Below are positions 1 to 9,697 of a stretch of 64,000 nucleotides of DNA, piece after piece (positions within the stretch are counted from its first letter, which is position 1; each line of letters begins with the position of its first letter). The notes beneath the pieces are model-generated. The model made no database searches. It was given only the letters and a program-made list of their open reading frames with translations, and was not told where the DNA came from. Source of the stretch: Armatimonadota bacterium (GTDB taxonomy: Bacteria > Armatimonadota > UBA5829 > DSUL01). Position numbers and translations under genes: made by a program. Location of the stretch: positions 64,001-128,000 of the forward strand of contig JBDHZC010000009.1 in assembly GCA_039811685.1 (NCBI GenBank), in the 5' to 3' direction.

Positions 1-1
1 C

Positions 2-550
2 GATCCGTATCGCAGCTCCAGCGTGGTAGTGGTCTATGCACCGCCGGAGACGCGCTACAACGTGATCGAGCGTACCAAAGTCGTTTACACTTCTACAGAC
101 GCCCCAGAACAGCGCCGCAGTGTAAGTGAAGATCAGGACGTTGCGGGCGTGCGCTATCCGGGAATTGAAGAGGACATCTCGGACGCGGAGAGAGTAGCCA
201 AGGATATTGAGACCGCCTGGGAGCGGGGCAATCTCTCCAGACTGGCCGGGCATGTGGACCCGGAGATGCCGGTACGCATTTACGACTCTGGCGAGTATCT
301 GGAATACCTCAAAGACCGCGAGTTTCTTCTGCGGATGCGGGATTTGATGGACGACAACGGCACACGCGCGTTTCTCACACAGCGGATTGTGCCGGTGCGC
401 CCGGGAGAGGTGATGATCTACGCCCGTCACGACCTTGAGACGCCGACAAAGCGGGCGGAGACGCTCTATGAACGCTATACTATCGAGCGCCTTGGGAAAA
501 GATGGCTGATCTCGGCGTATGAATCCAGCCCGTCGCGCCTGCTGGAGTAA
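2..550 (+). CDS. Hypothetical protein, 5' partial (C-terminal domain possibly NTF2-like)
   Basis: Frame is open from the window edge to TAA at 550 and is followed by a terminator hairpin. Confidence 0.6.
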   Translation, partial: DPYRSSSVVVVYAPPETRYNVIERTKVVYTSTDAPEQRRSVSEDQDVAGVRYPGIEEDISDAERVAKDIETAWERGNLSRLAGHVDPEMPVRIYDSGEYLEYLKDREFLLRMRDLMDDNGTRAFLTQRIVPVRPGEVMIYARHDLETPTKRAETLYERYTIERLGKRWLISAYESSPSRLLE

Positions 551-606
551 GTCCACTCTCAGCGCGCGCCCATGCACTGGGTCTGGGCATAGGACAGTTC
601 AAAAGG

Positions 607-635
607 AAGCCCCGGGGATTGCTCCCGGGGCTTTT
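607..635. terminator. Intrinsic terminator between convergent genes
   Basis: AAGCCCCGGG...CCCGGGGCTTTT hairpin with A/T tracts on both sides. Confidence 0.75.
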
Positions 636-702
636 CGGCACCTAGTGTATTTTGCGAAGGAGTGTCACAATCGGGAAGCGCTGCGCAAGCATAAGAAGCC
701 CC

Positions 703-1113
703 TTAGTGCGCCCAGATCAGGGCGTCCAGGCTCCACGGGCCGGCGCCGAAGGCAAAGAACAGCAGAAACGCAAAGCAGAACAGAACCGCCATCTCGCCCT
801 TGTTCTGAATCGGCCACAGCGCCTGACGCTGATGCACCATGAAGTACGCTACAGCCATTTCACCCGCCAGAACGAAGCCTGCCGGCCTTGTGAACAGACC
901 AAGCAGGATCAGCAGCCCGCCGAAAAACTCCAGAAATCCCGCCAGTCCCATTTGTGACATGAGTGGGAGCGCTTTACCGTCACCCTGCGCTCCACCAAAG
1001 GCGCCGAACAGTTTTTGCGCCCCGTGTGGGATAAACAGGATTCCCACGACTATGCGAAGCAGAAAAAAGGTAATAATCTCAAGTTGCGGCCAATAGGCGC
1101 TCATCTCTGTCAC
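703..1113 (-). CDS. DoxX family membrane protein
   Basis: LRIVVGILFIPHGAQKLFG, EFFGGLLILLGLFTR and GAGPWSLD motifs. Confidence 0.9.
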   Translation of the reverse strand: MTEMSAYWPQLEIITFFLLRIVVGILFIPHGAQKLFGAFGGAQGDGKALPLMSQMGLAGFLEFFGGLLILLGLFTRPAGFVLAGEMAVAYFMVHQRQALWPIQNKGEMAVLFCFAFLLFFAFGAGPWSLDALIWAH

Positions 1114-1244
1114 CGTCCATTTCCAAAAACGGCATAAAGCGTGGATCTGCGCTCACACCGCGCTTTTTCCAGCCGCTTGTATCGTACCATCAACGGGCGC
1201 TGTCTAAACACAGCCGGCCGGTCGCAGTTTGTGGAGCGGCTTTA

Positions 1245-2465
1245 GTGGAGGCACACATGTCTTTTGAAAGAGGCGCGCCGGAGGAGAGGCCTGCTCAAGA
1301 GCTATCTGCTCAAGAGCTATCTGCTCAAGAGCTATCTGCTCAAGAGATTGAGCGCTACTCCAGACACATTCTGATTCCGGAAGTGGGGCTGGAGGGGCAG
1401 CTCAAACTTAAGAAGGCGCGAGTGCTGCTGGTGGGGGCGGGTGGACTGGGCGCTCCGGCCGGGATGTATCTGGCCGCGGCGGGTGTCGGGACACTCGGGC
1501 TGGTGGATTTTGACGCGGTGGAGCACAGCAACCTTCAGAGGCAAATCCTGTTCAGTGGAGCAGATGTGGGAAGCTCAAAGACTCAGGCGGCCAGGCGGCG
1601 ACTGGAGGGAATCAACAGCGAGATAGACGTGATAGCTCACGAGGTGAAGCTGAGCGCAGAGAATGCGCTGGAGGTTTTTACCGGCTACGACGTAGTCATT
1701 GACGGCACGGACAACTTCCCCACACGCTATCTCATTAACGACGCGTGCGCCCTGCTTGGCAAGCCGGATGTCTATGGCAGTATCTTTCGCTTTGAGGGGC
1801 AGCTAAGCGTCTTTCGCGCCCGCAGCGGGCCGTGTTACCGCTGTCTGCATCCCGCGCCGCCACCACCAGGCGCAGTTCCGAGCTGCGCTGAGGGAGGAGT
1901 GATGGGAGTGCTGCCGGGGGTCGTCGGCTCGCTTCAGGCAATGGAGGCTCTAAAGCTGATTCTGGGAGTTGGGGAGCCGATGACAGGGCGGATGCTGCTG
2001 TTTGACGCTCTTGCCGGGCGCTTTACCCAGATGAGGCTGCCGAAGGATCCGGCCTGTGCGCTGTGCGGTGAAAACCCGAGCATCACCGGGCTGGTGGATT
2101 ATGAAGAGATGTGCGGTCTGAAGCGGCCCCGCGAACCGCTTCCACCGGAATGGGAGATCGGCGCTGCGGAGGTGAACGAGATGAGGCGCAGCGGCCGGGA
2201 TGTTGCGCTGCTGGACGTGCGGGAAGCTTCGGAGCGGCGAATCTGCCGGATTGAGGGCGCAAAGTGGATTGCGCTCGCAGAGCTGGAAGCCCGCTTGGAG
2301 GAGCTGGACAGAGCGGTGGAGCTGATTGTCTACTGCCGTATGGGAGTTCGCAGCGCTCAAGCCGTGCGCACCCTGCGGGCGGCGGGCTTTGAGAGGGCAC
2401 GGAATCTGTCCGGCGGAATTTTGGCCTGGGCGGATGAGGTGGACAGCTCTATGCCAAAGTACTAA
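1245..2465 (+). CDS. moeB: MoeB/MoeZ adenylyltransferase with C-terminal rhodanese domain
   Basis: RYSRH, GAGGLG, SNLQRQ, CYRC and C-terminal YCRMGVRS; true start may be ATG 1257. Confidence 0.9.
   Translation: MEAHMSFERGAPEERPAQELSAQELSAQELSAQEIERYSRHILIPEVGLEGQLKLKKARVLLVGAGGLGAPAGMYLAAAGVGTLGLVDFDAVEHSNLQRQILFSGADVGSSKTQAARRRLEGINSEIDVIAHEVKLSAENALEVFTGYDVVIDGTDNFPTRYLINDACALLGKPDVYGSIFRFEGQLSVFRARSGPCYRCLHPAPPPPGAVPSCAEGGVMGVLPGVVGSLQAMEALKLILGVGEPMTGRMLLFDALAGRFTQMRLPKDPACALCGENPSITGLVDYEEMCGLKRPREPLPPEWEIGAAEVNEMRRSGRDVALLDVREASERRICRIEGAKWIALAELEARLEELDRAVELIVYCRMGVRSAQAVRTLRAAGFERARNLSGGILAWADEVDSSMPKY
1291..1346 (+). repeat. 15-bp in-frame tandem repeat (CTGCTCAAGAGCTAT, about 3.7 copies) encoding AQELS
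   Basis: Directly visible. Confidence 0.9.
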
Positions 2466-2474
2466 GCTGGCGCC

Positions 2475-3752
2475 TCACGCAGTTGAACGCGACCGCTGCT
2501 GGAACGACCCCAGAATGACGAGGCTCAGCAGCCACGACAGCGAAAGAAACGCCGCTGAGAGGTAGATGGGCACGTCGTGCGGGGAGAGGCTGAAGATGTC
2601 CCTACCCCAGTGGTAGAGCTGCCCTCCCGCAACTGCTCCGATGATAGCGCCGAAGCCCTGAGCCATCCCCGCCGCGCCAAGCACAGAACCTCTGGCCTGT
2701 TCATCCGTCACGTCCGCCACCAGCGCCATCCACGCGGGAAACGCCAGCAGAAAGCCGATGCCGACCAGAATAGCGCCGCCCGCCAGAATCAGATGGCTGT
2801 TCACAAATGGAAGCGCCCACAGCGCCGTCGCGCACAGGAACATGCCGCATCTGATGGACGCCAGACGCCCCCACCTGTCCCCGAGACGCCCGAGTGGCAC
2901 AGCCACCAGCGAAATGACGACTGCGGGCACGACGAAGAGCTTACCAAAAGTCTCCTGAGTAATTCCGAACCGATCCAGCGCGTACAGCTCCAGCACAGGA
3001 ATCAGCAGACCAATGCCGAGAAACGTGATAAACGCCAGCAGCATCAGCCTCCACACACGGATGGCGGCTGAGGCCATGGGGCCAAAACCGGTCCACTCTT
3101 CCTGCGCGTGTGCTGGCGCATGGGCAGCGCTCTTGACTGCTTTGCGCGGAACAACCAGCAGGGCCATCACCGCCGCGCCGATGAACAGAGCGGTTGAGAG
3201 GTAGAACGCGGCGTGGTACACGGGATGTCCGGGCGTTGAGTACAGGCTGTTCACCCACCCTCCGGCCAGCGGACCGAAAGCCAGACCCACCATATACGCG
3301 ACGTTCAGCACACTCATACCGGTGCTGCGGTTTTCCTCTGAAGTGTGGTCGCCGACCGCCGCAAAGACCGCAGGCCAGAAAGCGGCTGCGCCAAGCCCGT
3401 CAAAAACGCGCACGCCAACGAGAAGGTACGGATTGGCGGTGTGCATCACCAGAAATGATCCGGCTGCGGACATGATAGGGCCGAAGAAGATCAGAGGTCT
3501 GCGCCCGACAACGTCGCTCAGAGCGCCCAGCCAGAGACGTCCGACAGCCTCCGCCAGCAAAAAAGCGCCCATGACGATGCCGACCCAGCCGCCCAGCCCC
3601 AGCTCTTTGGAGACGTAAACGGGGATAGCCAGAACGTTGACGACGGCATAGGCAAGCTCTACCAGAGCGCAGAGAAGTCCCAAACCGATGATAGTCGCCA
3701 GAGAAGAGCGTCCGGATAGCGCTTGTGAAGGCTGCTGAGTCGAGTGGTCTAT
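2475..3752 (-). CDS. MFS transporter (start uncertain)
   Basis: About 12 TM segments; motif A GALSDVVGRR and GRLGDRWGR; the track start at 3857 lies in the upstream terminator. Confidence 0.85.
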   Translation of the reverse strand: MDHSTQQPSQALSGRSSLATIIGLGLLCALVELAYAVVNVLAIPVYVSKELGLGGWVGIVMGAFLLAEAVGRLWLGALSDVVGRRPLIFFGPIMSAAGSFLVMHTANPYLLVGVRVFDGLGAAAFWPAVFAAVGDHTSEENRSTGMSVLNVAYMVGLAFGPLAGGWVNSLYSTPGHPVYHAAFYLSTALFIGAAVMALLVVPRKAVKSAAHAPAHAQEEWTGFGPMASAAIRVWRLMLLAFITFLGIGLLIPVLELYALDRFGITQETFGKLFVVPAVVISLVAVPLGRLGDRWGRLASIRCGMFLCATALWALPFVNSHLILAGGAILVGIGFLLAFPAWMALVADVTDEQARGSVLGAAGMAQGFGAIIGAVAGGQLYHWGRDIFSLSPHDVPIYLSAAFLSLSWLLSLVILGSFQQRSRSTA

Positions 3753-3855
3753 GGTCTGTACCTCGCCCGGCTCCCGTCGGTGGCGCCTGCGGCGGCTATG
3801 AGCGTTTCTTCTCCGCAGGCGCTGTGTTGCCCTCTTGAGAAAGCTGATCTGGTAC

Positions 3856-3897
3856 AAAAAAAAGCCCGGTCCTGAACAATTTCAGAACCGGGCTTTT
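3856..3897 (-). terminator. Intrinsic terminator of the prepilin-like gene
   Basis: GCCCGGT...ACCGGGC stem followed by 8 U on the minus strand. Confidence 0.85.
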
Positions 3898-3933
3898 CAA
3901 CAAGTGAAAGTCAGATCACACGATAGACTTTAC

Positions 3934-4701
3934 TTACTGCACCTCATCCCGGAACTGGGTGGGGTCGCAGGAGTTCGTCGCTACGCCAGTCGCAAAGATC
4001 GTGTTGGTGTTGATGTTGTAGTTGAAGTACATCGGCCACCCGGGTGTGGTGAAGGCTGTCGGCGCAGGATCAGCGTTAGAGCCACCGCCCGCCTTGGATG
4101 TCTGATACTGAACGTGACCATCCAGGAAGCCGGCGTTCATCTTCACACCTACCTTGAAGCCCTTGCCGGACTCACCACTGTGGAACCCACGGCGCTCGAT
4201 AAAAGCCATCTGGCTGGCTGGGCTGTCGAAGCTGCTCTCATTGGAGAAGCCGTTAACGCACGAGCCATCCACAGCCGGGCGGTAGTAGTAGGATATCTCT
4301 CCCGTGTAGTTAGCCGGAGCAAAATCCAGGCTGTCAGACGGGCAGAACCAGACGTCCTTGGACTTCTGATAAGAGTAGAGCGCCGTTGCGATAGTGGCAG
4401 CGGCCGGGCCGATGGTCTGCGGCGGATACTGCCCCAGAGTCGTGCAGAAGGCGGGATCCGGCGCTGATGCGTTCTGGTTGCGGATCTTGCTGTTGGGAAG
4501 CTGCTGACCGTAATCGTCAACATACATCTTCATCGCCTTGACCAACTGGTTCAGGTTGCTCTGGCAGGACGACTTGCGCGCCGCTTCACGGGCCCGGGCA
4601 AACACCGGGAACAGAATGGCTGCCAGAATTGCGATAATGGCAATAACGACCAGGAGCTCAATGAGCGTAAATCCCGATCGGTTCTTTCTCAATACGGACA
4701 T
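3934..4701 (-). CDS. Prepilin-type N-methylation / DUF1559 / H-X9-DG protein
   Basis: [39 protein letters not shown] and H...FLDGHV. Confidence 0.9.
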   Translation of the reverse strand: MSVLRKNRSGFTLIELLVVIAIIAILAAILFPVFARAREAARKSSCQSNLNQLVKAMKMYVDDYGQQLPNSKIRNQNASAPDPAFCTTLGQYPPQTIGPAAATIATALYSYQKSKDVWFCPSDSLDFAPANYTGEISYYYRPAVDGSCVNGFSNESSFDSPASQMAFIERRGFHSGESGKGFKVGVKMNAGFLDGHVQYQTSKAGGGSNADPAPTAFTTPGWPMYFNYNINTNTIFATGVATNSCDPTQFRDEVQ

Positions 4702-5213
4702 TATAGTCTCCTCGAATCTGTCTCCCTGTGAGGAGGGTCAGACCTTTGCGATACACACGGATTATTGAGCTCTCCAGGTTGATGAAGAAGGGCTCATCTC
4801 GCTTTCGCCAGACAGGGCGCTCTGGGCGTCTATCCGGCCGGGCGCATCAGAAGCAAAACAGATAAGCGTGTTGTCCAGGCGCAGGGGCGTCTGGATTCCA
4901 GTCGCCCCACCAGGTCAACTCCCAGGCCGGTCACGGGTTTCCGGGAGCGCGTGAGAGAGCAAAACGCTACAGTTGCCTGCTTCTGAGGAGTCTCCCGGAC
5001 ACAGGCTGCCTGTCAGGGCAGTTGAGCGCAGTCATGCTGGAAGCCGCACTGGGGATGATTCAGAGGATGACATATGAATAAGGCTTGGTTACTTCACAAG
5101 CAGAATCACCCGCCGCGGCCCCCGAAGCAGACTTACTCTTCCGGGTCCAGGATCGTCACAGAACGCTATTTGGTTTGTGTTTCAGGGCCGGATTTGGCCG
5201 GCACATCCATAAG

Positions 5214-5250
5214 GAGCCGCTTCGTACTCCCAGGGGCTGCGAAGCGGCTC
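5214..5250 (-). terminator. Hairpin just downstream of the 5267-6094 gene (terminator or processing site)
   Basis: GAGCCGCTTCG...CGAAGCGGCTC 11-bp stem. Confidence 0.6.
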
Positions 5251-5266
5251 TCAAAGTATTCTCAGC

Positions 5267-6094
5267 CTACGGCGTAATCCAAACTACCGGTGAGCCGCTG
5301 GCGTTCTGGCAGACCCAGTAGCCCGGGCGCTGCGGGTTGTTGTTCACAACATTGGTGTCCATCAGCGTCTCGTTGGGGAACGACTGCACGTGTCCATCCA
5401 GGAAGACGATGTTGCTCTGCCCGCCGTGAATCTTCAAGTTTGCGCGTCCACCGAACGTGCTGTGAGGATTTGTGAGGAAGATGTTCTGCGGACGCCCATT
5501 TGGCGGGGAGACCTGTTCGGTAGTCCACGCACAGCAGAAGGACTGATCGTTGATTCCCAGCTCCCGGAACATCATCGTGGAGGCGGGGAACTTGGCGGTG
5601 CCGTCCGTCTCTTCGCAAATGCCGAAGTTCATGGCGTATGTGATGCGGGAATCGCCGAAGCCTGGAACCGATCCGTTGGCGCTGGGCGCATACTGCTGGC
5701 CCACGGCGGGGCACTTCCACACAGTGACCGTATCCTTGGTGCCGGAGTTCTTGATGTACTTGTCCAGACCCACAACGAACGGAAGCTGCGTGTAGTTGGC
5801 GGCCGGCGGGATGGTCGGGAGGAACACCCGCATAGCAGGCAGCGGCGCATTCGAAGCCAGTTTGTTCGTAGGATACGTTTCTTCGTTATCCTGCGTGTAC
5901 ATCATGACCGCTTTGCCAATCTGGTTCAGGTTGCTCTGGCAGCCAGCCTTCAGCGCGGTCTGGCGAGCCTTGGCAAACACCGGGAACAGAATCGCCGCCA
6001 GAATCGCTATGATGGCGATAACCACCAGAAGCTCAATAAGTGTGAATCCGGACGGAGAACTCAAGCCCCGCTGGATTCGCTCACGCTTAGTCAT
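5267..6094 (-). CDS. Prepilin-type N-methylation / DUF1559 / H-X9-DG protein
   Basis: [29 protein letters not shown] and HGGQSNIVFLDGHV. Confidence 0.9.
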   Translation of the reverse strand: MTKRERIQRGLSSPSGFTLIELLVVIAIIAILAAILFPVFAKARQTALKAGCQSNLNQIGKAVMMYTQDNEETYPTNKLASNAPLPAMRVFLPTIPPAANYTQLPFVVGLDKYIKNSGTKDTVTVWKCPAVGQQYAPSANGSVPGFGDSRITYAMNFGICEETDGTAKFPASTMMFRELGINDQSFCCAWTTEQVSPPNGRPQNIFLTNPHSTFGGRANLKIHGGQSNIVFLDGHVQSFPNETLMDTNVVNNNPQRPGYWVCQNASGSPVVWITP

Positions 6095-6507
6095 TGCGCA
6101 TCTCCTGCCCCGAGCATTCCGGGGCTTGCCTTCGACAGAAGGTCTTGCTGATTTGTAAAGAAGCCTTTTGGTATTCAGGCCGCTACATTGCCAGCACTTT
6201 AACCACCGGAATATGTCGGATGGTCAACCGCAAGGTTGACCGCACGTCCGCGGTAGTGCCCTGCCCGCGGCCCACGCTCTGGCAAAAACAGCTCAAATCC
6301 AGAAGCGTCCATATCCGGTCCGGCAGATTGACTGAAGCCTTTCGGCCTCAAAGCCCGCATCTGCCCACACGTTGTGCAACCGATTCCACACCTGACGGCA
6401 CGCCCGCCACAAGGCTTGAAGCCACACGCGATGAGCCGGTACGCCGAAGGCGGGGTAAGGAATCGAAGCCGCCTGAGTCAAACCCCCTGCAGGCTCCACA
6501 CTCTCGA

Positions 6508-6536
6508 ATCGTACTATACCGCCCCTTCGATGTCAA
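6508..6536 (-). promoter_or_regulatory. Sigma70 promoter TTGACA-17-TACGAT for the prepilin-like genes
   Basis: Perfect -35, 17-bp spacer, near-consensus -10. Confidence 0.65.
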
Positions 6537-6870
6537 GCGAAACTCTCGCAGGTTTTCCTGAAAGACGCGCCACATTGACAGCGAAGCCCACTCGGTGAGC
6601 CGATGCGCCAACTGAGTATTTCATTGACGAAACGCCCGCCGAAGATGTTCCAGCAGCACAGCGGCTGCACTCTTATTTTTTCACCATCCGCCACACTGCG
6701 CAACAGGGCCGCCATTCCGGCAGGTAAAACAGGCTTCTCCGGGTGTCTTGTGGCGCATCTGGCATCTCTGAAATTGACCTGCGACAAGGCAGATCCATTT
6801 CTTTTGGAGCTATCATCGGCTTTCGAGACAGCAATCTGAAGAGGATGTAGCCCGGAGAGGACGTGAAAAA

Positions 6871-7191
6871 ATGGATATGAAAGTCTATGATCTCACAGTG
6901 AAGGCAGAGTTCGCGGAGAGCGGGATCGTCAGCAAGACGCTGGTGGATGAGCCGTTTACGAAGGTTGTGCTTTTTGGATTCGCCAAAGGCCAGTCTCTTT
7001 CGGAGCACACCGCCAGTATGCCGGCAATCATTCACATTCTGTCCGGCCGGGGCGAAGTGTTGATGGGAACCGAGCGCCACCAGGCGCAGGCGGGAAGCTA
7101 TTTCTTTATGACTCCTCAGACAGTTCACGCAATAGAGGCGGCGGAGGATATGGTGATGCTCCTGACTATGTTTCGCAAATGGAGTGAGTAA
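6871..7191 (+). CDS. Cupin domain protein
   Basis: GQSLSEHTA...HAIEA cupin motifs. Confidence 0.85.
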   Translation: MDMKVYDLTVKAEFAESGIVSKTLVDEPFTKVVLFGFAKGQSLSEHTASMPAIIHILSGRGEVLMGTERHQAQAGSYFFMTPQTVHAIEAAEDMVMLLTMFRKWSE

Positions 7192-7200
7192 GGCGCGGGG

Positions 7201-8142
7201 ATGATGCCCGACCCGGCGGATACCCTGGAAGTCTCCCGCTACTGCATGCGCACGCGCTTTGAGATTGTCATGCGGGGCGCTTCCGCACAGAGGCTGCGGG
7301 CGGCAGGCGAAGCGGCGCTGGATGAGGTGTCGCGCATTGAGACCGCCTTGAGCTTCTACGATCCCGCGAGTGATATCTCCAGGCTCAACAGTCGCGCGGC
7401 GCGCGAAGCGGTGCGCGTGGATCCGCGCCTGCTGCATCTGCTTGAAACGGCAAAGCGCATCTGGACGGAGACGGGCGGGGCGTTTGACGTCACCGTTGGG
7501 CCGTTGATGCGGGCGTGGGGCTTTACGTCGGGCTCCGGCCGTGCTGCGGATGAGGATGCTGTGCACAGCGCGCTGGAGGTGACGGGAATGGATAAGCTCC
7601 TTCTGGATGAGGCGGGGATGAGCGTGCGCTACAGGCGCGAGGGCGTTCAGGTCGATCTGGGAGCTATTGGCAAGGGTTTTGCTGTGGACGCGGCGGTGGG
7701 GACTCTGCGGGAGTGTGGCGTGAGCAGCGCGCTGGTTCACGGCGGCACGAGCAGCGTTTATGCTCTGGGCGCTGGGCTCGGAGAGGAGCCGTGGCCTGTC
7801 AGCCTGCGCAACCCTCGCAACGCGGATGCGCCGCTTGCTGAAGTGCGTTTGCAGGACGTTTCTCTGTCGGTCTCCGCCAGTCACGGCAAGTCTTTTGTAC
7901 AGGACGGGCAGGAGATGGGGCATGTCCTGGATCCACGCTCCGGCCGGCCGGCTGTAGGGGCGCTTGTGGCTGCCGTCATCGGCCCGTCAGCGACGGAAGG
8001 CGACGCTCTTTCTACGGCGCTCTTGGTGCTGGGAGAAGAGGGCTTGAGGATGCTGGAGCGGGTGGACCCGGATCTTTGCGGGCTGGTGGCGCTGCGGGAC
8101 GGGCGTGTGGTGACGCGCGGAGACGCGTGGATGGCGCATTGA
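7201..8142 (+). CDS. apbE: FAD:protein FMN transferase ApbE
   Basis: GAFDVTVGPL, DLGAIGKG, GHVLDPRSG and DALSTA. Confidence 0.9.
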   Translation: MMPDPADTLEVSRYCMRTRFEIVMRGASAQRLRAAGEAALDEVSRIETALSFYDPASDISRLNSRAAREAVRVDPRLLHLLETAKRIWTETGGAFDVTVGPLMRAWGFTSGSGRAADEDAVHSALEVTGMDKLLLDEAGMSVRYRREGVQVDLGAIGKGFAVDAAVGTLRECGVSSALVHGGTSSVYALGAGLGEEPWPVSLRNPRNADAPLAEVRLQDVSLSVSASHGKSFVQDGQEMGHVLDPRSGRPAVGALVAAVIGPSATEGDALSTALLVLGEEGLRMLERVDPDLCGLVALRDGRVVTRGDAWMAH

Positions 8143-8167
8143 CTGCGGGCGTCTGCCGTCCTATAAT
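8139..8167 (+). promoter_or_regulatory. Sigma70 promoter TTGACT-17-TATAAT
   Basis: Near-consensus match upstream of the 8228 gene. Confidence 0.7.
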
Positions 8168-8227
8168 GCGCCTCAGACGACGCCGGTGACTCTCCCACTC
8201 CGGCGGCTACAGGAGACGCTCAAGCCG

Positions 8228-9520
8228 ATGAATCGCTCTCACAAGTTCCGGACCTTTCGCCTTGCCAGCCTGGCTATCGCGCTGATGGCTGCGGGCTCTG
8301 CATATGCGCAGGCGCCCTCAGCTTCACCTTCTTTTGCGCCGGGGTTTATCCTTGAGCGCTCTCCCAACATTGACGGCGTACGCGAGGCGGATGAGTGGAC
8401 AGTTTTTTCGACAGTGAAGACCGGCGATGGGGATGTGCTGGGCGCAGCGTCGTGGGATTCCGACAACCTTTACCTCATGGTTGAGGGGCCGGTTCTGTCC
8501 TCAGCGGTCGTGTATCTGGATGTCAAGATGGATGGATGGTTGAACGGTACGGACAATTACCAGATAACCGTCACGCCCAACGCGGACAAAGCTGATGTTC
8601 TGACTGAAGTGTACAGCTCTGATGCGCCTTCCCCCGCCACAGCCCTGACAAAGGTGGCCGTCGGCGTGCGCGCGGCTTCCAGGACAAGTGATGGCCGCAC
8701 GGTTGTGGAGATTGCCATTCCCAGGGATGGCCTTGCGGACCTGAAACTGGCGCCCAGGACGAAGGTGGGAGTGTCGTGTGGGGCGACGCTTGCCTCAGAC
8801 CCCGGCAAAACTTACCCTGCCGACCCGCGCGAGCGTATAGAGCCGCTTTTGCTCGTGAACGAGCTGAGCTCGGGCGTGGATGGGGTGAATCTGGAATTGA
8901 GAATCCGCGACCGGCGCGTCGTTCCCGGGCAGACGCTGAGCCTGGACTTTTTTGCCAAGAACACGTCTGAGCTGCCTCTCAAATACAACAACTTCGCGAT
9001 CGGCGGAGAGGCGCGCGTGGCTGATCTGGTGAACTACCTGCGCGTGCGCGGCGGTGAGCTTGAGGCAGGCAAGACGCTGAAGTGGGGCTATTCGACGGAC
9101 CTGCCTCAGACTATGCCCCTCGGAGCCTACGTGATGGAAGCGCGCTTCAACCTTGCGGACGGCCGCCAGGGTACGGTGCTGTCCAGCTTTGAAGTGGTTG
9201 AGGTACTGGACGCCAGTCTGGACCTGGGAAACGGCCCGATCAGCCCCATCAGTGAGCGCAAGATGTTCGTGGTTATCCGCAACAACAAGAATCGCTCTAT
9301 CAAGGGGACTGTAACCCTCAAGCTGCCCGCAGAGCTGGCGTCGGGGTTGGACCGCACAGAGGCGAAGTTCTGGATTCAGGCTGAAAATGAGGTGATCCGG
9401 GCGCCGTTCAAGTTCAAACCGAAGGAGCCTGTCGCCGCCGGGCATTATCCGGTGACAGCAGAGGTCTCAAGCGGAGACTTCACCCGGACGCTGGACGCGG
9501 TGCTGCAGGTGGGGCGCTGA
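8228..9520 (+). CDS. Secreted hypothetical protein (CBM9/DOMON-like plus Ig-like domains)
   Basis: Signal peptide ending AYA; IDG...EW, WDSDNLY and EIAIP motifs. Confidence 0.65.
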   Translation: MNRSHKFRTFRLASLAIALMAAGSAYAQAPSASPSFAPGFILERSPNIDGVREADEWTVFSTVKTGDGDVLGAASWDSDNLYLMVEGPVLSSAVVYLDVKMDGWLNGTDNYQITVTPNADKADVLTEVYSSDAPSPATALTKVAVGVRAASRTSDGRTVVEIAIPRDGLADLKLAPRTKVGVSCGATLASDPGKTYPADPRERIEPLLLVNELSSGVDGVNLELRIRDRRVVPGQTLSLDFFAKNTSELPLKYNNFAIGGEARVADLVNYLRVRGGELEAGKTLKWGYSTDLPQTMPLGAYVMEARFNLADGRQGTVLSSFEVVEVLDASLDLGNGPISPISERKMFVVIRNNKNRSIKGTVTLKLPAELASGLDRTEAKFWIQAENEVIRAPFKFKPKEPVAAGHYPVTAEVSSGDFTRTLDAVLQVGR

Positions 9521-9544
9521 CAAGAAGAGAAGCCGGGAGCCAGA

Positions 9545-9618
9545 TAGCGGAGGTCGGACTCGAACCGACGACTCCACGGGTATGAACCGTGTGCTCTAAC
9601 CAACTGAGCTACTCCGCC
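9545..9618 (-). tRNA. tRNA-Met (CAT), probably elongator; CCA not encoded
   Basis: GGCGGAG acceptor stem, TAGCTCAGTTGGTTAGAGC D-arm, CACGG-TTCATAC-CCGTG anticodon arm, GGTTCGAGTCC T-arm. Confidence 0.95.
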
Positions 9619-9697
9619 ACAAAAATGCCTCTGCTATAGGCGCCTCTTTGGCAGGCGGTATTATATACAAAACCGCACGCGGCCTTCAACAGAGGGC

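Noticed and set aside
6100..6530. tmRNA, RNase P, SRP or c-di-GMP riboswitch
   Set aside because: No T-arm/CCA end and no RNase P or SRP consensus; GTGCAACCG occurs on the strand opposite the gene and without the rest of the c-di-GMP-II motif
6673..7923. 416-aa minus-strand ORF
   Set aside because: Shadow of the cupin and apbE genes, with Arg/His-rich antisense composition
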